DNA of 64,000 nt from Octopus vulgaris (lineage: Eukaryota), in assembly GCA_951406725.2 (NCBI GenBank), contig OX597835.1, forward strand, positions 27,776,001-27,840,000. Direction: 5' to 3'. A model generated the notes under the pieces. The model worked only from the letters and a program-made list of their open reading frames with translations. It did no database searches and was not told the DNA's origin. How positions within the stretch are numbered: position 1 is the stretch's first letter; each line of letters begins with the position of its first letter. Below, in pieces: positions 14,168-26,809 of this stretch. The position numbers were made by a program, and so were the translations under genes.

Positions 14168-14200
<33 letters not shown>

Positions 14201-15051
14201 GTTTCAAATTTTGACACAAGGCCAGCAAGTTTGAGGGTTTACATTGCCCCCCAGCACTCAACTGACCTCAAAAGGATGAAAGGCAAAGTTGACCTTGGTG
14301 AAATTTGAACTCAGAATATAAAAATGGACAAAATGCTGTTAAGTATTTTGCCCTGTGTGCTAACAATTCTGCCAGCTCACTGCCTCAATAATAATAATAA
14401 TAATAATAATTCTTTCTACTGGAAGCACAAGGCCTCAAATTTGGAGGAAGGGATTAAGTTGATTACATCAACCCCAGTGCGTAACTGGTACTTATGAACT
14501 CAGAACATAGCAGCAGACGAAATACTGCTAGGCATTTCACCCAGCGTGCTAATGATTCTGCCAGCTCACCACCTTAATAATAACGGTTTCAAATTTTGGC
14601 ACAAGACCATCAATTTCAGGGGAGGGAGTAAGTTGACTATATGAATTCCAGTGGTCAGCTGGTACTTATTTTAACAACTCCAGAAGGATAAAAGGTAAAG
14701 TTAACTTCAGTGGAATTTGAACTCAGAACCTATGTTCTCCATAGACGGATGAAATGCCGCTAAGGATTTTATCCAGTGTGCAAACAACTCTGTTAGCTCA
14801 CCGCCCTCACAGGTGGCAGACATATTTAATTCAAAATAGAGAGCCAAAGATGTGAAAAGTCTTGTGGATTGTACCAAGTCAGCATCTAGACATCAAAGCT
14901 TTAGTGTGTCAAGATATGGTAAGTGACTGATGTTCGGTGTTTTGTCTGGCTGTGTGTTTCTGGACAGCTTCCAGTAGATCAATATTCTAGACAAGATGGG
15001 GGTTCCAGACTGGAGACACAAACTTTAAGTGTGGGTATACCACAGACATAC

Positions 15052-15093
<42 letters not shown>

Positions 15094-15352
15094 TATAGAC
15101 ATATATAGCTTTAAATAGATAGTTGGCGAGCAGCTGACAAAGGTCTCATGATGTTTCTTCTACTTCACACTGGGTTACTTTGGAATTTCTTGCTTACATA
15201 GATTTTTACCTAGCCTCAAACTTCACAAACATTCTTCATAGTTACACACTCTGACAATATATAGAAATAGCTTTAAAAACACTAGATTCTGATCTATGTC
15301 CTCTCTCAAGAATGCCGAGGTAAAGCAGGCTAAGTATGGTAATGAACCAAAG

Positions 15353-15394
<42 letters not shown>

Positions 15395-15399
15395 TGTTA

Positions 15400-15740
15400 G
15401 CGTGGCTCAGTGGTTAGAGCGTCGAGCTTACGATCGTGAGGTTGTGAGCTCGAATCCCGGACCGGGCTGCATGTTGTGTTCTTGAGCAAGACACTTTATT
15501 TCACATTGCTCCAGTTCACTCAGCTGTAGAAATGAGTTGCGACGTCACAGGTGCCAAGCTGTATCGGCCCTTGCCTTTCCCTTGGACAACATCGGGTGAC
15601 GTGGAGAGGGGAGGCCGGTATGCATGGGCGTCTGCTGGTCTTCCATAAAACAACCTTGCCCAGACTTGTACCTCTCAGAGAGGGTAACTCTCTAGGTGCA
15701 AACCCATGGTCAGTGTCTGACCGAAAGGGGGTCACCATTA
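15400..15740 (+). mobile_element. SINE family D (tRNA head, ttgctccagttcactcagctgtag domain)
   Basis: ggctcagtggttagagcg...tcgaatcccgg. Near-identical copy at 9825-10150; related copies at 51955-52270 and 63140-63385(-). Confidence 0.85.
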
Positions 15741-16339
15741 CTGTTATTATTATTATGGGTTGAGCTAGCAGAATTGTTAGCACACCAGGAGAAATGCGTA
15801 GCGGTATTTCGTCTACTGCTACATTCCAAGGTCAATACAAAATGGCTGACCATTAGTAAGGAGAGATTCACAAATAAGAAAGAAGAAAGCAAAGGACCAC
15901 TGATGAGGTCACAGAAGTGTGACGAAAGAACTCTGGCCGAAATAAGATTAAAGTTAATGTAATAAGTATATAACGCTGAAGCAAACACCAAATATATAGT
16001 GCGTATGTTTTTATTGGCTAAACTGGCAAAATGACCATTCCTAAATACAACAATATTTGTTTCAACACAAGATTTCGCATCAAAAATCTTGCAAAACAAA
16101 TATATAACATTACAAAGCATTATGTGTATTTTGTTTAATTATCTAGAAAAATGTTTCAGGCAAAACATTAAACTATATCTGGTGGTGATGCTTTAGCTTG
16201 GGAGTTCAAGAGATTTGAGGAGCATCGAGTGACCCCTTTGTCACCACTACTCCCAAATCTGTCCTGGCCTAGGGTGAAAGTACCTGCTGAGGGCCCTGAT
16301 AATGGGTCAGACAGCAGATGATGGTATTGTGGATAAGGT

Positions 16340-16581
16340 TTTTGAAGGCGACGAGCTAGCAGAGACGTTAGCATGCTGGGCGAAATGCGTAGCCGTATTT
16401 CGTCTGCCGGTACGTTCTGAGTTCAAATTCTGCCGAGGTCGACTTTGCCTTTCATCCTTTCGGGGTCGATAAACTAAATACCAGTTATGCACTGGGGTCG
16501 ATATAATCGACTTAATCCGTTTGTCTGTCCTTGTTTGTCCTATCTGTGTTTAGGCCCCTTGTGGGTAGCAAAGAAATAGGC
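16340..16581 (+). mobile_element. SINE family B, full copy with 14-bp TSD
   Basis: TSD attgtggataaggt (16326-16339, 16582-16595); B-box gagttcaaattc; core cctttcatcctttcggggtcgataaa. Other copies at 44444-44655, 50765-50990, 58657-58890 (TSD tagaggtacc), 37542-38135, and several decayed ones in 14200-14810 and 40860-41350. Confidence 0.9.
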
Positions 16582-16929
16582 ATTGTGGATAAGGTAGACA
16601 AGACTCAAAAAGGGTTGGCCCCTACAGAAGCGACACACAGGTTCATTGATGTGTGGATGTGCCTTGATGTTGCATGAACCAGTCCCCACTGCCTAAGGGT
16701 TTTGATAGGTTCCACACCTCAAGTGTAAGCTCAAGAGAGCAGGAGAAAAGCAGAATAAATTGTAAAGAAACCAGCAGAAGGCAAGGAATAAAAGAAAACA
16801 CTGCTGCATTTTTTGTGGGAAAGATTATGAGACATCAGACTTTGGTATGAAGATCTATGATTGCTAATACCTGTAGGCATGATACATAAACAGAGAGAGT
16901 GAGAGGGGGGGGGGGGAGAAAGAGAAAAG

Positions 16930-16961
16930 GAGAGTGTGTGTGAGAGAGAGAGAGAGAGAAG

Positions 16962-17007
<46 letters not shown>

Positions 17008-17300
17008 ATGTGTGAGAGATAGAGCATGTGAGAAAGAATGTGTGTGTGTGAAAGAGAGTGTGTGTGAGAGAGTGAGAGAGAAAAGGAGAGTGTGTGTGCG
17101 CATGTGTGAGAGAGAGAGAGAAGGAGAGTGTGTGTGTGTGTGTGAGAGAGAGAGAATGTGTGAGAGATAGAGCATGTGAGAGAGAATGTGTGTGTGTGAA
17201 AGAGAGTGTGTGTGAGAGAGTGAGAGAGAAAAGGAGAGTGTGTGTGCGCATGTGTGTGCATGTGAGAGAGAGAATGTGCGAGATATAGAGCATGTGAGAG
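16930..17300. repeat. compound GA/GT microsatellite duplicated as a ~150-bp unit
   Basis: gagaatgtgtgagagatagagcatgtgag recurs three times. Confidence 0.8.
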
Positions 17301-17339
17301 AGACTGTGTGTGTGTGTGTGTGTGTGCGAATGCATGTGT

Positions 17340-20130
17340 AAAGGAAACTAGATAAAAATTTTATTTAAATGTCTACAAAGACAAACCTGCGTAAAACATT
17401 CAAGGATCACTCGAAAGTACCCATTATATATTAACATTCTGTGCATTTGTAATGTCTGTCATAGGAATCTTGGCAGTTTTATAAGCAATTTATTTTTCAA
17501 AATGTATTTAAAATCCAATATATATTTTTCCAAAGTGTGAAGCATCAATTATTTTGAAATACTGGAGAAATATTAGGATTTTTCTGCAGAATTAAGAGCT
17601 GCAGAGTCTAAAGAAGCTGTATAACAAATAAAGGAAAGAAAAAAAGTAAATTCCAAATTCTTAAAAGAGTTAGATATGAAGTAATAAATAAACGTATTAA
17701 ACAGAAGAATACTTATACGTTTTATGTTGTTCTTCCCTTTCAATTTCCAAGACATAGAGTTTCGAAATTTATTCAGTTTGAAGCTAAGCATGAGAAATTT
17801 TATTTACAACCGGAATGGAAATAATTAAGAAGAAAAACAACAAAATTTATGAGAATAAACTTAATGAAGAACAAAAAAAAACCGCCAAAGATTAGAAAAT
17901 GCTCTCAGCGTCTGCATTTCATGAATATGAGGAAGTGAAAAAAAAACATTAAAAAATATACCTAACATGGAAATAAACACCAAAACAAACCATAGAGACA
18001 AGACAAACTGATTTAAGACAGGCACACACACACACACACAAGCGCAGACACACACACATACAAAAAAAGGAAAGTTGATAGGTGTTAAAAGGCACTTAGA
18101 ATATATTTTGTTTGCAGAATGTTTTCTAAACTTGATAGTTTTTGTCCAGTATTCAAAAACTTGAATAAAAATACATCTCTTGTATTATTGATATCAGAAA
18201 AGAAAAAAGAAAAAAATGGTTTAAAAAAAATGGATTTGTGACCAAACATGTCAAGAACTGAATGGAAACCATCCTAAAACCAATAAAATCTGAGGAGATT
18301 TTTTTGTTGTTGTTGTTCTTTTCTCTTTTTTTTTGTAGAAAAGACTAAAATACACTTTCTAAATGCTGAAACACTTGGAATAAAACTAAAAAAATAGACA
18401 AAAAAAATTATAAACTAAATATATAAAAAGAAATTAGTAAACTGTACAAACACTTTGATAAATGATTGGAATCAATTATAATTCCATTTAATTTTCTATG
18501 AGGAATTTAAAGCATTTTCCCCCATTCTCCTAAGAGTGATATTATTTTCAATGTATCTGAAATGAATTCAAAAGTAACATTTCTTATATATGTTTATTCA
18601 CCATTTTAAACATACTTCAAATATTTTCTTGAATTTTGAGTGAAATCCCATTAGGAACGAAACAAATTTTGACTTTTTGCTTCTTCGTCATTTTTGAAAA
18701 TTATTCAATAAAACAAACGAAGAATACTGCCGTTTCTATAGAAGAAACAGCACAAAAACTCAAATTTAAATATATAATAATTACATTTTAATAATAATAT
18801 ATTTTAATCTCTAATTATGAAAAAAAGAAAAGAATAATCTAACAAAAGAAAAACAAAACAATGATCTTCAACCTTTGATAAAACTATTTTCCAAGAATTG
18901 GTTTCTGTAGATTCCGTAAAATAACTACAAAGTATAAGTTATCTGCTGTAGATTTAAAAACAAAATTATAAAGAAATAAACAGATATATTGATTTAATAT
19001 CTAACAAGAAAAAAAGTTCTTGTTAAGGGGAAAAAAAATAAAAGAAAGATAACACTATGTTTAGTTTTTATTAAAAGATTTGTGAATGATAAGAATGAAA
19101 AGAAAAAAAAACCCACACAAATATTATTTAATCAAACGGTCAAACTACCACCAAGATCAGATCAATAATATTAAATAATAAAAGCATCAAAAAGAAGGGA
19201 TTTTAGTAAATATTGCTAGTGTTGGATGAAAAGAACATTAATTAGGTCCGATAAAGATAAATAAAAGAAATTAATGAACAAGCTATTTTGAGAAAATATT
19301 TTTTTTATTCCATTTATTCTATAATAAACCATTATTTATTGCTATCAGAACTTCCTAATGGAACCAATAGAATTTCTTTAACTAGACCATAAGAACGATG
19401 TCTTCCAATCTAAGATATTGTTCATGAAGTATTTAATAACCAAACTTACTCATCCAAAGACTATTAAAAATTACATTTCAAAAGAGTCTTCAATTTTCTG
19501 TCGTTGCTGAGACGAATTTCTTTCGGTTAGGTAGCATTCTGCAGAAATAGAGATGAATGCCATACCTTTCTAAGTTTTAAAGGACATGATGCCAAGTTAA
19601 CCTCTGACCTTGAACCCAACCCCAGCTAAATCTACTCTGGTTTATATGATAAAAATAATTCATAATTGAGAGACAAATAAATTAAAAATGATGCAGCAAC
19701 ATGGCTGTTGTTGTTGTTGTTGTGCTGGTCTTTGTTGTTGTTGTAGGACAAGAGAAGGCAAATTTAAGCAATTTTGATGCCAAGGTTAATCTACTCAGTA
19801 TTAATTAAAGGATTTCAATTAAAAGTGAGTCACCTCGATACTTTCAGTCTCTACGACAACAATATCAATAATCTCGGAATTAAAAATTAACGCCAAGAAG
19901 CCATAATCGTCATCGAAGCGAATTTCCATAAATTTTGCTAAAATTCTAGATCCAAAAAGGAAACATAGGTCATTGGCGATGGCCACGCTATATAGAAAAG
20001 AAAATTATAGTCTTAACTCTTACAACGTTTATGTAAAAGGCAGGGGGATAAAATAATTTATTGAATTTTTGCTGCTTGTTTAAGAGCATGAAGTATGTTT
20101 GATGTAAAAATTTTAAATTTTCTTTCCACA
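17340..20130 (-). promoter_or_regulatory. SINE-free block, candidate internal promoter/5'UTR region
   Basis: About 2.8 kb with no recognisable SINE or LINE in a window where they occur every ~0.5-1 kb. Local CpG cluster at 19830-19990. Minus-strand donors at 19449 (GA|gtaagt), 19565 (AAG|gtatgg) and 19833 (GAG|gtgact). Confidence 0.35.
17387..17616 (-). other. candidate alternative unc-13 exon: either a 5'UTR plus start exon (ATG 17399, MFYA, phase-1 donor) or a stop-containing exon after C2A
   Basis: Strong acceptor (U-rich tract ending ctttcctttatttgttatacag; CTAAC at 17669-17673) and donor CAG|gtttgt at 17386. ATG TTT TAC GCA G ends in phase 1, like the C2A exon. Confidence 0.4.
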
Positions 20131-20980
20131 AGCTCACACAAACATGCATAAATATATATACATATTTATACACATACACACAAGTATATATATATATATA
20201 TATATATCTATATATATACACTCATATACATGTATATATATTTATATATACACATAAATATAAATGTATGTATATATATGCATGTGTGTATATATATATA
20301 TATACATACATACATATACACATACATGTATATATATGTGTGTACATATATACACATGTATATATATGTATTTGTATGCTTATTTATACACACCTATACA
20401 TACATGTGTGTGCATGTATAAGTGCATGTGTGTATGCACACGTGTGTATGAATTATTCAAGTGCCAGTAATTCTGCAACAACCACCAGATATTATAATTA
20501 CATGCATGCAAATATCGCCATTCAAATGTAAATAATTCTTAGAACTACCTCCAAGCTCCCAATTTTCTCTGTTGTCTTCTCAGAAGAGAGGAACATTTGA
20601 AGCAGAGTAAGAATTATTAACAATAGGCATTAAAGGGTTAAGGTGTTGCCACTTTCAAACCAGGAACGCATTGTAAAATCTTTATCTATTGTTTCAGAGT
20701 GGTGTAAGAAGCAGAAAACTTGACAGTTGACAAGTGTTACACTCACGTATAGCGCTGAGCTCAGCATTTACCAAAGAGACGAATTTTGACAAGATGATTT
20801 ACACTTAACCACTATGCTACATGAAAATGATGTCTCTGGTAAGGATCCAGTGAATCTAAAGCGTTTTCTGACATACTTGTGTCAGCTTATAATTTATCTA
20901 CAGCCAATAATTAACACCTGTCTGTAGCTGACCTCAGGTTAAACATTGAGATCAACAAGCTAAGAAGAGAGACTCTAAAC

Positions 20981-21632
20981 CAGTGGTTGTTGTTTGTTCT
21001 TTCTCGAGCTATGCCTGGTTCATAAGGGCCAGTTTCCTGGTTCCTTGGCGTATAGGTTCCCCACCTGGACAGGACGCCGGTCTGTCGCAGGTGAGCTGCA
21101 AGATGCAGGAGGAAAAAGTGAGAGAAAGTTGTGGTGAAAGAGTCAGCGGAAGTTCGCCATTACTTTCTGCCGGAGCTGCGTGGAGCTTAGGTGTTTCACT
21201 CATAAACACACACATCGCCCAGTCTGAGATTCGAACCTGCGATCCCTCGACCACGAGTCCACTGCTCTAACCACTAGGCCATATGCATCCACAAACCTGT
21301 GGTTCTCAACCAGGGTCCACTCCACATGGCCCCTGAGCGTTCATATGAGATTTTTGTGGGGTCCACACAGCAAAAGAGTCAACTGGAGACCCACAATAGT
21401 ATTTTGAGGGCCCCTGAAAAAATTTTGCTTTAGATTTTTTTGTTGGTGTATATTGCAAGGAACAGTTCAGTTTCTTTCTCTGTTTTACAAATTAATGTGT
21501 GAAAAAGAAAATAGGAATTTGGAAAGAAATTTCTATAAAACTAGTTTTTAAACAATGAATGGCTATGGGGTTCCACCAGAATAAAACAGTAATCAGAGGG
21601 GCCCATAGGTAAAAATTGGTTGAAAACCCCTG
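20981..21632. mobile_element. hAT-type MITE (with a SINE inserted in its left TIR)
   Basis: 8-bp TSD ctctaaac (20973-20980, 21633-21640); TIR cagtggttctcaacc / ggttgaaaacccctg. Related copies at ~4540-4815 (inverted) and ~8298-8345. Confidence 0.85.
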
Positions 21633-22350
21633 CTCTAAACAGTTGATCTCCTTCTATAAATAGCAGTAAAATTTCCTTCAAATTGAACCCTACCATTTTC
21701 AATGAAGAAGACTTTAAACAAACATTGTAACTTCTAAATTATGTCATCGTTGCCCATCATCATTTTAATGCTCAGTTCTCCATGGGGAGGTGAAGTTTAT
21801 TGACACAGATTTGTTTTTTTTATGGCTGGATGCCTTTCCTCTTGCCAACCCTCACTTTTTCTATGCCAATCAATATTTCTCCATAGCCAGATATTTTCTC
21901 ACAGAATATTGCAAAAATAAAAGACTGCTTTTATAAAATATATTCTGTAATAGTGACACTCATTTACAACTATTACATGATGTCAAGACAAAGAAACACA
22001 GTCACACACACACACACATATATATATATACAGGCATACATATCATCATCATCACCATCGTCGTCATCATTTAACATTCATGTTCCCTGCTGGCATGCGT
22101 TGGAGCTCTATTAAGAGTTTGGCAAAGCAAAGGATTGCAGCAAGCTCTATTGTCAGTTTTGGCATGGTTCCTACAGCTGGCTACCAAATTCCATATTTAC
22201 TCACTGGGCTTTAGTCAGCCTGGGGCTGTGGTAGAAGACAGGGGCTGTACAATGGGACTGAAACTGAAACCACATGCTTACAAAGTAAGCTTCTCAACTG
22301 CCCACACATGCACACACACACACACATACACACACACACATACACACACA

Positions 22351-22384
<34 letters not shown>

Positions 22385-22621
22385 AGCACAGAGGAATCTA
22401 CATAATTTCTGACTAACAAATTTCACTCACAGCATGGGATCAAACCCCTTAAAGAGGGGTTGTGAACCAAATAGCTTCACCACAGAGCCATGTGTGTACA
22501 TATGTTTTAAGCTTACATCACTAATATTTTCATGGATATACATGAGGAAATACCTCCATCATGGATAAGGCCATGATGGTGAAGGCAAACCAAAGGATTA
22601 CAGAATATATTTTATTCATAA

Positions 22622-22982
22622 CTAGTAGTATCGCCCAGTGTTGCTCGGGTTTGTTTCGACCCTGTAGAATTGGAATTTTTGAAAATTAAAAATTTTGCAT
22701 TATGTAGCTTGTGAACTTTAAGTGAACATTTTTCTGGTTGAAATACACCGAAAAATGTCGACAGCAGTAAAAAAATCGTAAAAATTAGGGATTTTCATAG
22801 AAAAAAAGCACCTTTTTGATGTAAATAATTTTTGGTCTTAACATGGTCTGATTTGAATTTTATCTGCTACAGAAAGAAGAGCAAGCCTTCTTCTATCATA
22901 CTCTCAATTTTGGTCAACTTGCGCTGCAGGGTCTTGGAGGAGATAGTGTTAGTTAGAGGCTACCAAACCTGCCATACACAGA
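22622..22982 (-). mobile_element. non-autonomous Helitron-like element
   Basis: The minus-strand 3' end reads cccgagcaacactggg (degenerate hairpin), then gatacta, then CTAG|T, the Helitron terminal signature. The 5' boundary is uncertain. Confidence 0.65.
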
Positions 22983-23705
22983 TTTGGCTTGTTTTCTGCT
23001 GCTTTTTTCTATTTATTTTTAATTAAATTTCAGTAATTATAGACATTGAAATAAGATATAGAAAAGACCAGACGTAAACACTGAAGATGATAAAAAAAAA
23101 TCTATAACAATAAATAAACAAATAAATAAAACCATTTAGTCAATTTTGTATAGATTGTTTTAGCATTTTACTTGTTTCAGTCATTTGACTGCGGTCATGC
23201 TGGAGCACCACCTTATTCTTTGTAAGCCTAGTACTTATTTCATTGGTCACTTTGCCTAACCACTAAGTTACGGGGACATAGATACACCAGTATCTGTTGT
23301 CAAGCAATGGCAGTGGGACAAACACAGATACACACACACACACACATGTATATATATATATACAACGGGCTTCTTCCAGTTTCTGTCTACCAAAGCTTTG
23401 CACAAGGCTTTGGCCAGCCCGAGGCTATAGTAGAAGACACTTGCCCAAGGTGCCCCATGCAGTGCAACTGAAGCAGGAGCCATGTGGCTGGGAAGCAAGC
23501 TCCTTACCATGTAGCCATGCCTGCAGCTATTCCTTAAAATCCTTTAAAATGTTTTAGCCCAAATGCCGCGGCCATGCTGGGGCACCACCACTGAAAAAAT
23601 TCGAGCTTGCCAGGATTATTTAAGATAATTACATAGTTTATGGAGAAAAGACAAAAACATTTTCTTTCCTGAATGAAATTTTTGAAATGGCTGTCATAAA
23701 CTTAC

Positions 23706-23829
23706 CATAGGGAAGTTCAAATCGGGCATCAATAAGAATGCTGTGACCAGTGGAGCCTCGAGTTCCAATAATTTCCCCATTCTTCATGATCAATTCACCA
23801 TCCAAGGAAAACCATTTTCCCTGGCCTTC
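23706..23829 (-). CDS. unc-13: unc-13/Munc13 coding exon, C2A domain C-terminal part (phase 0 to phase 1, 124 nt)
   Basis: Acceptor ttttctttttttactttttatag and donor ATG|gtaagt. EGQGKWFSLDGELIMKNGEIIGTRGSTGHSILIDARFELPY aligns to Munc13-1 [41 protein letters not shown] and joins in frame to the 62072 exon (SNQ|EGQG). Not in the ORF track. Confidence 0.96.
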
Positions 23830-26399
23830 CTATAAAAAGTAAAAAAAGAAAAATTTGGAAAAGTTAATTTTTTTATCAATGGAAATCATATAAAAATTTT
23901 TTAAAAAGGCATCAGAGAGGTGATGCACACCCTGTGCACAGATAAATTTTTTTGCAAATTATATTGTGGCTTACAATGCATTATTTACCCATGCTTTTTA
24001 ATTGAACTGAATTAAGCTTTGTAAGTGTTTGACTGAAAGAAGATTAGCAGCCTAAATAGATGACAGCTAAAAGTAGACTTCATCGATGTCTATGTCAAAT
24101 GCATATGAGTAAAATTTGCATATGACTAAATAAATGATTATTCAAATAATAAACATGATTATGAAAAAGAAAGTGAACAAGCTGAAATACTTATAGAAAA
24201 TATTGCATAGAATTTGAGAAGTGTTTTCAACATCTTTCAATGACGGCAGGTGCATCAAACCTGCCGCAGTTCATTGTAGGATATAAATAATATGACTGCT
24301 TGCATATCTGGAAATTTGTAAGTTCAATTTTTAAAAAATTTCATTAAGTTTTTTTAGTATCACCATTATAGGTAATTACACCCTGGTTAAATTAAGTAAT
24401 CAACTTGTATATAAATGAAACCCTCAAATCCACCACTGTAGAAACACACACGTATGCACACACACACAGTTACATATCTATGTAAGTATGTAGCATTAAG
24501 TGTCTATGTGCATAGGTACATCATGATCTATACACACACAGATATGGGTCAAATCAATGATATATGTATATATATATATATATTGCGTACTGTTCCGTGA
24601 TGGTGAGATCAACGAAAAAAGTACTCCATCAGGTGAAAGATAAATAGTATTTAAGAGACATAATACATGTTTTTATGTTCTAGTAATAAATTATTGTGCT
24701 GAGAACATGCCGAAACGATGCATATCCTGGATGCACATAAATTCTTTAGCAAAAAATCTGCATGGCCAAAATATTGCTTCACCCATCCACTAGTTTTGAA
24801 GGTAATCAAACCAAATTTTCATCATTTCAAGCCACTCACCCAATGAGTATTTCTACTAAATTTGGTGAAAATCTGTTTGGCTATTTTCCAGTAATTTAAA
24901 AAAAAACACAGACAAAGGTGAGTGACTATGATACCTTGCTTTTGCGTAAGCATGCAGGGTAATATAAAAAAAAAGGTAGAAACTTAAAGAAAGACAGATA
25001 GAAAGACAAAGGAGAGGGGAGACAGATAAATGCATGTACATCCAAATATATGTATCTATGATTTTGATTTGATTTTTCTAGTTTCAGCTAATGAGCTGTG
25101 GCCATGCTGGGGCACTGCCATTTGTATGTATATATATATTTATATGTATGTATATATATATTTATAAGTATACATATGGGTGTACATATATGTAAGTGTA
25201 CACATGTACTCTTTTACTCTTTTACTTGTTTCAGTCATTTGACTGGGGCCATGCTGGAGCACCGCCTTTAGTTGAGCAAATTGACCCCAGGACTTATTCT
25301 TTGTAAGCCCAGTACTTATTCTATCGGTCTCTTTTGCTGAACCGCTAAGTCCTGGGGATGTAAACAAATCAGCATCGGTTGTCAAGCAATGCTAGGGGGA
25401 CAAACACAGACACACAAACACACACACATGCACATACATATATATATATATATATACATATATACGACAGGTTTCTTTCAGTTTCCGTCTACCAAATCCA
25501 CTCGGCCCGGGGCTATAGTAGAAGACACTTGCCCAAGATGCCACGCAGTGGGACTGAACCCGGAACCATGTGGTTGGTTAGCAAGCTACTTACCACACAG
25601 CCACTCCTGCGCCGTATATAAGTATACACAAGTGTGTATACATATATATAAAGATATATATATATATATATACATACAGGTTTGTGAAAAATGTGCATAT
25701 ATATAAGTAAACCCGTATGTAAGTATATCATCATCATTTAACATTCATTTTTTCCATGCTGGCATGGGTTGGACAGTTTGGCAGGAGGTGGCAAGCCAGA
25801 AGACTGTACCAAGATTCACTGTCTGTTTTGGCTGGATACCCTTCCTAACACCAACCCCTTTACAAAGTAGACTATATATATATATAAAGTATATGTATGT
25901 ATGTATATATATACACATGCATACATACATCCATACATATATATCAGATATGTGAGAGTGCCCTTGTGTGTATGTGTATGTGTGTGTGTGTCTGTACACA
26001 CACACATGTACATACATAGTCACACACTTTTGATCAATTCATTAAATTCAAAGAACTACAAGAATCCAAGATATCAGCATAAAATTACAAGACGAATGTT
26101 ACCACAAAAAAACCCAAAAAAACTGCAGCAATAAAACATGTCACAGAACGGTAAAGAATGAAGTATGACAAAACCACAAGAGTTGATATTTCATATCGAT
26201 AAAGTTATTAATAAATTTGACAACTCTGTTGAACACAAAGTGCTTTTCAGATTTGAAATGGTCGTGTTGCCGTGAGATAGAACCAGTATCCCACTTCACC
26301 ACTTTAATCAACGTCTGTAGGAATACGGTAGTTTTTCTAGGTAAGTTAATAGGATTTGCAATCAAGTGCTGTTGATTTTTATTTCAGTGGACATCTCCA

Positions 26400-26464
<65 letters not shown>

Positions 26465-26759
26465 AATGAATGAACGAAAGAAAGTTGCACTGAACACATG
26501 TATATGTGGGTGCATGAGTGGGTATGTGAATGAGTGTATATGTGAGTCTATGTATGTGTGTGTGTGTGTATATATATACATATATATATATTTATACATA
26601 TATATATATATATATATAGGTAAATATATGTATTTCTGTGCAGGCATGGCTGTGTGGTAAGAAGCTTGCTTCTCAACCACATGGGTCTGGGTTCAGTCCT
26701 ACTGTGTGGCACCTTGGGCCAACCAAAGCCTTGTGAGTGGATTTGGTGGACAGAAACTG

Positions 26760-26809
<50 letters not shown>

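Noticed and set aside
15400-15475. tRNA-like sequences (also ~9825, 34126, 38925)
   Set aside because: They are SINE heads continuing into SINE bodies, with no intact cloverleaf.
18660-18700. NDEEAK resembling the missing DIPEEEA exon
   Set aside because: There is no acceptor in the correct position and no further similarity; the true next exon probably lies beyond the window start.
20549-20580. 27-30 nt minus-strand exon candidate (EDNRENWELG)
   Set aside because: The GAG/AAG acceptor and gtagtt donor are weak, and there is no homology.
22556-22579. Small hairpin ccatcatgg-ataagg-ccatgatgg, superficially snRNA-like
   Set aside because: It has only a 9-bp stem and no other snRNA features.
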